A stretch of 64,000 nt of DNA from Felis catus (taxonomy: Eukaryota). The stretch is from assembly GCF_018350175.1 (NCBI RefSeq), contig NC_058368.1, positions 146,880,001-146,944,000 of the forward strand, read 5' to 3'. Positions 25,186-36,406 of this stretch are shown piece by piece. Every line of letters begins with the position of its first letter. Within the stretch, counting starts at the first letter, position 1. The notes under the pieces were generated by a model that did not search any database, was not told where the DNA came from, and was given only the letters and a program-made list of their open reading frames with translations. Made by a program: the position numbers and the translations under genes.

Positions 25186-26124
25186 GTCTGTTTTCCATAA
25201 ATAGGGGTCTATTTCTGGATTATCTATTCTGTTTCAGTGATCGATGTTTGTGCTAATAACATACTGTAGTGATCAGTGTAGGTTTATAATAAATCTGTAA
25301 AGCAGATATTAGTCTTCCAACCTTGTTTTTCTAGTCAAAATTGTTTTTGATTATTCTAGGTCCTTTGCATTTCCATGTGAATTTTATATGTAGGCTGTCA
25401 GTTTTATAAAAACAGCTGTTGGAATTTTAACTAAAATTGGCTTCAACCTATGGATTAATTTGGAAGGCATACAATCTTGAGTATTTTTCCAATCCATGAA
25501 TGAAGTATGTCTCTCCTCTTATTTAGGTCTACTTTATTTTTTCTCAACAACTTTTTGCAGTTTTCAGTGTACATATCTTTTGCATTTTTTTGCTATTATA
25601 AATGGCATGAGTTTTTAAAAATTCTAATATACAGTGCCTGTTGATAATAAATATAGAAATAGAATTGCCTACAGAATATTTATCTTCTATCTTGCCATCT
25701 GGTTAATCTCATGTATTAAATCTAGTAGCTCTGGGAAAGATTGCATTATATTTTCTGCATAGTGGGTCATATTTTTTATGAATAAACAGAATCCTTTCCT
25801 TTCCAATCTGGATGACTTATTTTTCTATTTCATGGAAATGACGAGACCATCTAGTACAGTTTTGAACAGAACTGGTGAGGTTGAAACCTCCTTGTCTTTG
25901 TCCTGCTCTTAGGAGAAATGTATTTAGTCTTTCACCATTAAGTATGATATAAGCTATACCCATATACACATACCCTTTATCAGGTTGAGAAAATTCCCTC
26001 CTGTTCCTATTTTGCTGTAAGTTTTTGTCAAGAATGGATGTCTGATTTTGTCAAATACTTGGTTTGCATAAATTTGGATGTCACAGGATTTTTATTAGTA
26101 TATGAACAATTACAGTGAATTTAA

Positions 26125-26331
26125 TTTTTAAAATATTTTTAAAAATTTATTTATTTATTGAGAGAGATAGTGAGCAAGCAGGGGAAGGGCAGAGAAATAG
26201 GGGGACAGAGGATCCAAAGTGGGGTCTGTGCTGCCAGCAGAGAGCCTGATGTGGGGCTTGAACTCATGAACCATGAGATCATGACCGGGGCAGAAGTTGG
26301 ATGCTTAACCAACTGAGCCACCCAGGTGCCT
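26125..26331 (-). mobile_element. Can-SINE
   Basis: 'ggggacagaggatccaaagtggggtctgtgctgccagcagagagcctgatgtggggcttgaactcatgaaccatgagatcatgacc...gagccacccaggtgcc'. Confidence 0.93.
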
Positions 26332-26814
26332 CACCTTAATTAATTTTTGACTTAAGTCAACCTATATTCAAAGGTTCATTCAAACCCTACTTTGTCATGA
26401 TTTGTTTTAATTTTTAAATGTATTGTTCTATCTGATTTCCTAAGATTTTGTTCAAATGTTCACAACTATATTCATGAGGGATATTCAGCTCAAGTTCTGT
26501 TTGTTTTTATGACATTGTTGGTTTTAGTCTCAGGGTAATTCTAGTTACATAGAATAATTTAGGGAGCTGTTAATTGTCTTCAGTTTTCTCAAAGTTAATG
26601 TAAAATTGCGATTTTTTTCCTTACATGTTTGGTAGAATTCACCAGAGAAGATACTGTGTTTGTTGTTTTCTTTGTATGAAGGTTTTTAACTAAAAAATTG
26701 GATTTCTTAAATAGATATGGGGTTATTCCCATTATCTCTTTTTTTTCTTTTTGAGTGAGCCTAGGTAGTTTGTATCTCCAAGTTGTCATATTTATTTGTA
26801 TGAAGTTGTTCATA

Positions 26815-26821
<7 letters not shown>

Positions 26822-26862
<41 letters not shown>
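26822..26862. repeat. (AT)~20 microsatellite
   Basis: Read directly from the sequence. Confidence 0.97.
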
Positions 26863-26864
<2 letters not shown>

Positions 26865-28135
26865 CTTTAGAGATGTTATCCCTTCAATTCCTAATATTGG
26901 TGTATTTGTCTTCTTTTTTCCGGATTAGTCTGACTAGAGGTTTATTGATGATCTCAAAGAACCAGTGAGAGTTTCATTGATATTTAGTCTAGCTAGTGGG
27001 AACTAGGACAGTATCCTGTCCTGTATGTGTTTCATGAAATGTTCTCACTTGTCCTTATGGATGGTTCTGGCCCTGGCTTTGAGTAGTTTCTCCATATGCA
27101 TGCAATGACCTAAACTCTCCTGAACTTTGAAGGGAAACCTTCTGCAGATCTGCAGTGCTCCCTTTTCTGTGCATCTGACTTCTCTCCAGTACTCTGGCTT
27201 GAGAACTACACCCTATTTGTCTCTCTTAGATTTCATCTCTTCACCTTAAAGAATCAGCCAAACTCTACCTGGTCTCCCCTCCCCAAAACACTATCTGGAA
27301 ACTCTCTCAAGGCAGTAAACTGGGCAATCAAAAGGATCACTTCATTTGTTGCCCATCTTCAGAGATCACTGTTTTCTTTGCCTGGTATCCAGAGTCCTGA
27401 AATCCATTATTTCAATATTCTGTCTGGTGTTGGGGTTGTTTCAGAAAGAGGGTAAATCTGACTCTCTTACTCCATGTTCTTCCATGATGGCAGAAGTCCC
27501 TTAAAGCTAATTTTGATTATGTGATTTTTTTTTTACCTCATTAAATTAAGTCTCAAACAGTTAACTGATTTAAGATTGTACTGCTAGTAAATACAGGCTA
27601 GCTAGAACAGCTAGGCCTAGGAAGTGTAACCCAGTCTTTATGCCATTCAGTAGTCAATCTCCAACAAACTTCAGTTTACAAAATTTGTATGTAGTCATGT
27701 GTATGTTGGGCACATATGCACAACTATACCAATTTCTGATGCTTGGTAACTTAATTTTAAATAATTCACACATAGGCCAGTAAAAAATAGCAAGTACAAT
27801 AATACGATTTTTGCAAAGATCTATTCCAGTCTTCATGCCTACTGTTACTTTAGTGTAAATTTACCATTACCTAGTGTGTTATGGAGCTAACAGATCTAAT
27901 TTTACGGAGTTTTTCCAACACTAATCCTACAAAGCTGTCAGCTGTCAGTTATATGTTTATTTTGCATCGAGTATATCCTAGAAGGTGAAAATTTCTACCT
28001 ATATATCATGATTTCTATGCAGAGTTAATGCGTAAATTAACACATAGGGAGATTTAATTTCATTTACGTATTTTAACATAACGAGAAATTATATCTGCCA
28101 GATTTTGTTGGTGAAAGCTGTGTTGCAGATTGATT

Positions 28136-28364
28136 TTTTTTTTTTATTAAAAAAATTTTTTTTAACGTTTATTTATTTTTGAGACAGAGAGAGACAGAGC
28201 ACGAACGGGGGAGGGTCAGAGAGAGGGAGACACAAAATCCGAAACAGGCTCCAGGCTGTGAGCTGTCAGCACAGAGCCCAACGCGGGGCTCGAACTCACA
28301 GACCACGAGATCATGACCTGAGCTGAAGTCGGCCGCTCAACCGACTGAGCCACCTAGGCGCCCC
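28136..28364 (-). mobile_element. Young Can-SINE (SINEC_Fc)
   Basis: CpG-rich body. TSD gcagattgatt at 28125-28135 and 28366-28376. Confidence 0.96.
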
Positions 28365-28519
28365 AGCAGATTGATTATTTTTGAAGTAGAGTTGGCTTAT
28401 TTTTCATTGTTATTGGCAAGTACATAATATTAAGTGCTTCCACATGGGAACAACCATTAGAGCAGAATTAAATGTATCATAGGACAGTTTCTGGCAAGTG
28501 ATATATATATACTCAAGAA

Positions 28520-29530
28520 TATTTATTGAATACATGAGTGAATACTTGCATGTTTCTTCAAGCCCCTGACGATACTTTGTTCTTTTATTTTTAACTTTAC
28601 AAATATTGACTATGTGCTTGTTAAGTACCACAAAGATGAGTAAATTTTATTTTCTACACTTAAAGACCTGATGGTCTAGCATATGGCATGATCCAGGAGG
28701 CACATACTATAGAGTACAAGGTGATATGTGCAGGCTTAATGCCATAAAAGAGTACAAAGAAAGTTCTTTAAGGACTGGTCATTTTAAAACCAGCAGTCAC
28801 CTCCACTCAGGAGGAATTGGGAAAAGAGACAAGGCATTGGAGATGGAACTTGAAATATCGGTAATACTTTGTTATTAATATTTGATGAATTAGGCATCAA
28901 GGAAATTCTAAGCAAGAGAACAACATGTACACAGCTAGGCCTACTTGGGTGATGATAATGTTCCATTTAACCTGATGAACGGGGAAACTACAGAAAGGGT
29001 TAAGGGATAAAGCTGGAGTGACAGGGGAATAAAGTCATAGTGATATTGTTAGCAGCCATGAAAATGTGCAGGATGCGTTTGTATTTGATGTCTCTGGAGA
29101 GCTAGAAGCCATTCACTGACTTTAGTAGGGATTTGGTCTATTATCAGAGCTGTGTGTATGAATACAAACCAGCACCCGAATGTATGAAAGAAGTGGGAGG
29201 TGATAAGTGTGGAAGTGCAGTCAGAGCATAAGCAGAATAATTCTGGGAATGGAATAGGTCAAGTAGGAGATAGGAAATATTGTACAGACATTTCAGAGGC
29301 AAAAGTCTATGTAATTTGGTTAAATAGGAGTTGTTAAAGTGAAAAAAAAAAAGGAGGGGATTTGCTCAGAGAAAGAATTTTAAAAATATATTCAAACAAG
29401 AGACCAAAGAATACTGAATATGAAGTATGTGTGACTAGATGGCAGTCTGAATGTAGCTGTGTCCTTAAGATCTGTACACAGAAATTGAGGTGTGAAATAT
29501 CAGGCCAAGACATCAGGGTAAATAAAGTTT
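28520..29530 (-). mobile_element. L2 LINE, decayed
   Basis: 'atttattgaa', 'tattgactatgtgc...acaaagatgagtaa...cttaaagacctgatggtctag' and the purine-rich stretch that follows are typical of reverse L2. Confidence 0.55.
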
Positions 29531-31181
29531 TGAAAAGCACTCCCATTGGTAGGCTCCCCTACCCTTTTTTTTTTTTTTAACACTTACAGACTTAGAGGTT
29601 GTGAACTTGTATGGCAAGTGGAGTAGGCCTACTATTAATGGAATCTTGGAATTCAGGGAGCAGACTAATATTGATTACTTCCAATCATATCTCCTTGGAT
29701 TCCTGAATGCCACCAAAACAAAACAAAAGAAACAAAACACTTCAACATCTTTCTTCTTCAACCTCTCTAAGAATAAAAAATGGTAGTCAAATTGCCAGGT
29801 TAAAGACATATGGCAAAGTCATAGATGTTTATAGGAGAACAGTTGAAAGAACAGGTTATGTTTTGAAAGGCCACATTTAAGTCTACTGATTGCAAGGTCC
29901 AAATGAACTCTGAAAACACCTAGACTTTCCCTCAATTAACATTGAGTTAACAGATGTCTGATATTCAAACATTTTTAAATTTCAATAATCACTTTGTGTC
30001 TTACTCATTTCTGAATTTTCTCATGCTGTATGTGAACTCTCTTTGTTTTACAGAATTGTTTATTTCAAATGTTTCATCCCCTATGCAACCCTCATCATTT
30101 TCCACTACATTCAATGATTTCATCTTTACCAGCACTTTTAATTTTCCTTCTGAATTTTCAGATAATAGGATTTACATTCATGAAGCATGAGAACAGCAAA
30201 CACACATTGCAGGTGAGCAAGTCCTATGAGAGACAACACTGGAAGGACTGCCCATAACTGTTAACATCCTCTGCTATGTGTGGATATGAAACAACTTTGC
30301 TTTGCCTATAAAAGTCAGTAGGTTGAGAACTTGATGAGTCCAGGAGACTTGTATATCTCAGGCCCTCTATCTCCCAAGTACATACTGGAATTGAGTCTTT
30401 CTTTTCCTGCTGGTCAGCCATGACAGGGTAAACTTAAGGAATTCAAGACTTTTCTTTCCCTAAGAGAACAGAGTTTTGATGAGTACTTCATTAACATTTG
30501 AGCAACATCTGAATCCCTCACATGAGAATATCACAAGAAACATTCATGGAAAGCTTCTGAATAAGGAACTTCTCAGTGAGAAAATACATACAGCTCACAA
30601 CTGACCAGCCTCTCTTGTGGCTTTTATTTGAGATCTCAGGACTTGGGGACTTTTACCAGGTTCAGGTGGGTACCCTGTGAGGGTGGGGCAGAGACTTCTC
30701 ATCTTACCAAGTCTGTGCTGGGACAATCCCCTGTTTTTTTAGCACTTGCCCTACCCTGGAAGAGTGCAGGTATCTCAATATTCTCTGTGATTTATATTCT
30801 TCTTTGCAAATTCCTTTTATTCTTCTGCCCCCCCCCCCCCCCCCACTACTTAAGCTTTACTTTTCTTTAAATTCCATCAGTTACTGATGTGCAAAGGAAG
30901 GGAGAGTTTAGAGGGAACTTCTGGGTTTAAAAGGCATCAGTTATATACCCAGAAATTAAATGACAACAATAGATAAGTTGTGAGGCTAGAAATTGGACTC
31001 AAAATAAATAGGAGAATAGTTTGCATGCAATATAGCATTGGTTAATTGTCCTTTGTTCCAGAAAGCAAAATTTTACAAAGTTACTTCTATCTTTGGAACA
31101 ATGGAAGTTGGGTTTTCCAAGTACGGTATTACTGATGGTTTCTGAGAATTGGGTGATAATATTTATAAAAAAAACAACAAC

Positions 31182-31393
31182 TTTTTTTTTAAATGTTTAT
31201 TTACTTTTGAGAGAGAGACAGAGTATGAGGGGTCGGGGAAGGAGAGCAGGGAGAGAGACACACAGAATCCGAAGCACGCTCCAGGCTCTGAGTTGTCAGC
31301 GCAGAGGCCCTATGTGGGGCTCGAACTCACGAACTGTGAGATCATGACCTGAGCTGAAGTCAGACGCTTATCCGACTGAGCCACCCAGGGCCT
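31182..31393 (-). mobile_element. Can-SINE (SINEC_Fc-like)
   Basis: 'aaatgtttatttacttttgagagagagacagag...gaatccgaagcacgctccaggctctgag...ccgactgagccacccaggg'. Confidence 0.93.
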
Positions 31394-31480
31394 CGCTTGA
31401 TACTCAATAAGATTTCACTTTACTTATAAAGCTTAGTGGAAAATTTAGAAAATGCCTCTTTTTTAAAGCTCAGATTTGTT

Positions 31481-31604
31481 GGGTCACCTCGCTGGGTCAG
31501 GTGATAGAGCGTGCGACTCTTGATCTCAGGGTTGTGAGTTTGAGCCCCATATTGGATGTAGAGATTACTTAAAAATAAAACCTTAAAAAATATAAAATAA
31601 AAAT
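31481..31604 (+). mobile_element. Short tRNA-Lys-derived carnivore SINE (SINEC_old-like)
   Basis: 'gctgggtcaggtgatagagcgtgcgactcttgatctcagggttgtgagtttgagccccatattggatgtagagattacttaaaaataaaa'. TSD tcagatttgtt at 31470-31480 / 31605-31615. Confidence 0.88.
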
Positions 31605-31893
31605 TCAGATTTGTTAATACAGAAAAAAAAGTGGTGTACACTAGAAAACCTATATAAAAATTTTTCTAGATAAATATGACTCCATTTCCTAAATCAGATA
31701 TATTGGGTAATATTTGGGCAATAAACTGCCTATTGACACTAGCTAATATTTTCCAGCCAAAGAAAAGAGCTTATGTGTAGTTGTGGCATTGTTTTGTGTT
31801 CATACTTGTATTGTTTTTCAACATCCTAATTTTTAGAGTTAAGTGACTAGTAACCATATGTTCAGGATTTCATAGAACTATCTTGATTTAAAA

Positions 31894-32117
31894 CAGGGAT
31901 TCTCAACAGAGGGTAATTTTGACCTCCCCTGTTCCCTGCAGGTGACAATATCTAGAAATATTTTTGCTTGTCACAGTTTGGAAGATGGGGATGGGTTGTT
32001 AATGGCATTTGTGGATAGAGGCAAGAGGTTCTGGTAAATGTACTATAGTGCACAGGAAGCTTCCCACAACAAAGACTTACCCAGCCCCCAAAGTTAGTAA
32101 TACTCTGACAAATCCTG
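31894..32117 (+). mobile_element. MER20 (hAT-Charlie non-autonomous DNA transposon), full length
   Basis: Termini 'cagggattctcaac'...'gacaaatcctg'. Internal 'atatttttgcttgtcacagt', 'ggatagaggcaagagg', 'cccacaacaaagacttacccagcccc'. 8-bp TSD atttaaaa / atttaaat. Confidence 0.85.
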
Positions 32118-33437
32118 ATTTAAATAATCTATCTCATTGTGTTTCTGCATACTTATCAGTTCATGTATTCTGATATTCCCAATTTGGAGTTTGATGAGTA
32201 TTATCCAGTAATTTATTCTATAGTGAGCTCCAGTTAGATCAGGATATGCACCAAAAGTACTTAAAAAATATACTCATCCTTACATGTAAAATTGTTGCCT
32301 AATATAAAACATAAATGTACTTTTTGTTTCATTTCCACTCTGCATTAACATTTTAATATGGCTTGTGCAAGCTTACTATGCCAGCTATTCTTTGAAAACA
32401 CATTCTAAACGGACAACAGAGTGCTTTTGCAAACATAGGTTGGAATACCAAGTTAATAATTCGCTTGCAAGGAAATCTCTAAAACTGAAATCAAGAATTC
32501 CAAACTCTAAAACATGACTTTCTTTCAACAACATTTCATTTGGTCTGGCTTGCACAACCGTATAGAATAGGTACTAACATTCTTAAACTTGGACAGAAGG
32601 TGAGCTTCTTACCCAGTGGTTGCAGAATGACTGAACATACTGTTCCTCCTTTCCAGGCCCTCCTCCATACAAAGGGACCATTTTGGGTGTATGCATACCC
32701 GGTGGTGGGATTGCAGCTGGGACCTATGAGTGGGTGTGAATAATCTTTCTGTGGGTTGAGTTGCACCCAAGAATAAAGTAAGACCTGGGCTTCAAAATGC
32801 AGCCTCTGTACTCTCTTTTAAAGACTTTCATTTATCTTTAGGTTAAATAACATTCTAGAATATGTAAGCAAAGTCCCCAAGGTACATGGTGTCGTAGTTG
32901 GAACAGACTGTACAAAAGCGAAGCTTGTATTAGGCATGTTGTATGCCTGCTGTTCTATGGACATTGCAGTATCCTATGCATTTTCAAAAAAAACTGGGTG
33001 TTTCAGCAATACGCTAATTTTTAGGGGCCATAAATATTATGCATCTGGAAATGCAAATTCACATCAAACATTGTTGGTCTGTTAAAAGGTCAACAGATTT
33101 ACTATTCCTCCATTGCCCGCCCGCAACTCCTTTGGCCTTACAATCAAAGCTCACCGTGTACTGACATTTTAAAAATGAATGTGACAAAAACTTACTTTTT
33201 CACTATCCTGAGTTTCTATTCTACAGGGAAAACTAGTTATCTAGGGTTGCTATCTTTTGATTCATGAGGCAGTATTCACATTACAATTGTGTGTGCAGTT
33301 TTTTCTGTTTATTCAGTCAATAAGGAGATTGAAATATATAACCTCAGAAATATCAGATTCACTGTAGTATGCACTCAATCAAGGCTAAACTATTTCATTG
33401 TTATTTGTGGAGGAATAAGGCACATTCTATCAAATTT

Positions 33438-33555
33438 CAATAGGTATATAAAATTGGTATATAAATTTGAAATAGGTATATAGGTCTATAAAATTGAAAA
33501 TGTATATAGGTATATACAATTGGTATATAAATAGGTATATAAAATTGAAAATGTA
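33438..33555. repeat. Degenerate AT-rich tandem repeat (ggtatataaaatt/aataggtatata units)
   Basis: Multiple copies of ggtatata and aaattgaaaatgta, read directly. Confidence 0.85.
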
Positions 33556-34554
33556 ATGCAGGTGTGGCTTTTCAGTTTTAGGTTATAATATTTTTGGAAA
33601 TCATTTAAGATAGCTTAAGAGCTTTAACCAAACCAAGCCTGACTCATTTGCCGGAATAAACATAGTTTAAGTCTGAGATATGATGTTTTTATCAGCCTCC
33701 TTAAGAACAATAGTTTTAAAATTAAGCTCATTGTTTGTATAGGGTGAGAGAAAGACTCCTAAGGAGAGAAGAAAAGTACTGAGGAGATAAGGGAGTATGC
33801 CAGTAACAACATGTGCAAGGTTCTTGCATCTAATATTTGTTTATTTCTTGTCAATTGTCAATACTTTTCCCAAATCCTCTCCTTTTTTTTTTTCCTTTTC
33901 TTTTTGTCCTCTTTTGGCTTTACAAATTTCTGGTTTGGCAAATTAATAAACATATACCTGAAACAAACTTTTCTATATTTATTCTTCCTCTACTTCATTG
34001 TAAGTATTTAAATATTTAGTGCAAGACACTATAGAAGGCCTTGTGAGGAGAGTAGTTATGTGGGCCATATCTCAGCACATCTGCAAACTGGCTCACGAGC
34101 AATTAGAGAGGGAACTATAAGATCTCTCTTACAATCCCAGCACACTGGGATTCACCAGCACACTACCCTCCCTATGTAGCTTGACTTTGTATTTCCACAG
34201 TGAGAATTGCTATTATTCAGGGTTGCAAATTAACAGAAGGCAGTACAACCATTGAGCTGTATTGTCAGGTGGGTTTGTTTGTTTGTTTGTTTTTTTTTGG
34301 TAAATATCAGAGAGTTAGGGTGTAGGTACTGCTTTTCTGTCAGCATCTCTATGAACTAGTGACTAGATAGTTCCAATAAAAACACATTTAAAGTCAAAGT
34401 CTGCCAAAGTTACCTGCATTTACTCATGGGCTGTCGGAAAAACTCTGAGACTGTTCTTGTAGCTTGCAGAACACCAGACCTATCCTTAAAACCTCTGAAT
34501 AGTACCATGCATAAAAAGCTCACTTTGAGGAAGGTGCAATGATACCATTTCTTA

Positions 34555-34780
34555 TTTTTTTATTAAGATAGAATTAAAATATAATCATAAGTATTAGTTT
34601 GTTGAGTTTTGATAGTTTTATATACCCATGTAACTACTGTCCCAAATAAGATCTAAAACATTTTCATTCCCTTTCCCGGTGCTCTCTTTGCCATCAAATC
34701 CCCTCCCCAAACACTTGTCTGGTTTCTGTCCCCATAAATTAGTTTGCCTGGATTTAGATTTCATATATGCAACTATATTC
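34555..34780 (-). mobile_element. Old L1 (L1MB/MC-like) 3' end fragment
   Basis: 'gagttttgatagttttatatacccatgtaactactgtcccaaataagatctaaaacattttc...ccataaattagtttgcctg'. Confidence 0.65.
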
Positions 34781-34939
34781 TAAAGCAAGTTTGTAGTTGA
34801 ATCAGGACAGAAGTACTGTGAAGGGATGCCTTGCTGGATGGGACTGGGTTCTTAAACTTCCATCACACAGGAAAGTGGGTCTGTGAAGTCCTGGGTAGCT
34901 AAGTATCTTAAATGTCTGAAATATCATGGATGAAGAATT

Positions 34940-36251
34940 AATTTTTTTCAAATTTTTATTTAAATCCTATTTAAATTCTAGTTAAAATGGGTGCCCAACA
35001 AGTGCCCTCAATGCCCATCACCCATTTAGCCCATCCCCCTACCCATCTCTCTCCGTCAACCCTTAGTTCTCTGTAGTTGATAGTCTTATGGTTTGCATCT
35101 CTTTTTTTTTCCATATGCTCATATGTTTTGTTTCTTAAATTCCACATATGAATGAAATCATATGGTATTTGTCTGAGTTACCTCGCTTAGCATAATACCC
35201 TCAAGTTCTATCCATGTTGTTGCAAATGGCAAGATTTCATTCTTTTTGATGGCTGAGTAATACTCCACTGTACATATATACCACATCTTCTTTATCCATT
35301 CATAAGTAGATGGACTGTGGAGCTTTTTCCATCGTTTGACTGTTGTTCATAAACATCAAGGTGCATGTACCCCTTTTGAATCTGAATTTTTTTTTATCCT
35401 TTGGGTAAATGCCTTGTAGTGCAATTGCTGGATCATAGGGTCGTTCTATTTTTAATGTTGTAAGGAAACGTCACACTGTTTTCCAGAGTGCCTGAATCAG
35501 TTTGCATGCCCACCAACAGTGTAAGAGGGTTTCCCTTTTTCGACATCCTTGCTAACATTTGTTGTTTCTTGGGTTGTTAATTTTAGCCATTCTGACAGGT
35601 GTGAGGTGGTATTTCATCATGGTTTTGATTTATAATTTCCTGATTATGAGTGATGTTAAGCATCTTTTCCTGGGTCTGTTAGCCATCTGGATGTCTTCTT
35701 TGGAAAAGTGTCTGTTCATGTCTTCTGCCCATTTTTTAACTGAATTATTTGTGTTTTGGGTGTTGAATTGGGTAAGTTCTTTATATATTTTGGATACTAA
35801 CCCTTTATCAGCTATGTCATTTGTAAAAACTTCTCCCATTATGTCGGTTGCTTTTTTGTTGTTTTCTTTGTTGTGTAGAAGCTTTTTATCTTGAAATCCC
35901 AATAGCTGAGTTTTGCTTTTGTTTCCCTTGCCTCCAGCGATGTGTCCAGTATGAAGTTGCTATGGCCCAGGTCAAAGAGATTCCTGCCTGAGTTCTCCTC
36001 TAGGATTTTGATGGTTTCCTGTCCACATTTAGGTCTTTCATCTATTTTGAATTTATTTTTGGGTATGGTGTAAGAAAGTGGTTCATTCTTGTGCGTGTTG
36101 CTGTCCAGTTTTCCCAATGCCATTTGCTGAAGAGATTTTTTTTTCCCTATTGGCTATTCTTTCCTGCTTTGTTGAAGATTAGTTGACCATGTAGTTGTGG
36201 GCCCATTTCTGGATTATCTTTTCTTTTTTAAAAAAAATTTTATGTATTTAT

Positions 36252-36283
<32 letters not shown>

Positions 36284-36293
36284 GAGAAAGGGG

Positions 36294-36342
<49 letters not shown>

Positions 36343-36352
36343 GAGAAGGGGG

Positions 36353-36406
<54 letters not shown>

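Larger units (their letters stand above)
22425..27500 (-). mobile_element. Old L1 (L1MC/MD-like) retaining 3' and 5' ends, internally deleted, carrying several nested insertions
   Basis: 3' end 'gaggtaaaacagacatgtaataaagtgcacagatttaaa...caatcaagatagtgaatgtttc'. ORF2 remnants run through about 26980. Old-L1 5' end 'ggaaactctctcaaggcagtaaactgggcaat...agagggtaaatctg...ccatgatggcagaagtcc'. Confidence 0.75.

Noticed and set aside
31481..31560. tRNA-Lys-like sequence
   Set aside because: It has a degenerate cloverleaf, an A-rich tail and a TSD, so it is a tRNA-derived SINE rather than a tRNA gene.
31845..31893. Possible hAT-Tip100-like element hosting the MER20
   Set aside because: The resemblance ('gtaaccatatgttcaggattt') is too weak to call without a profile search.
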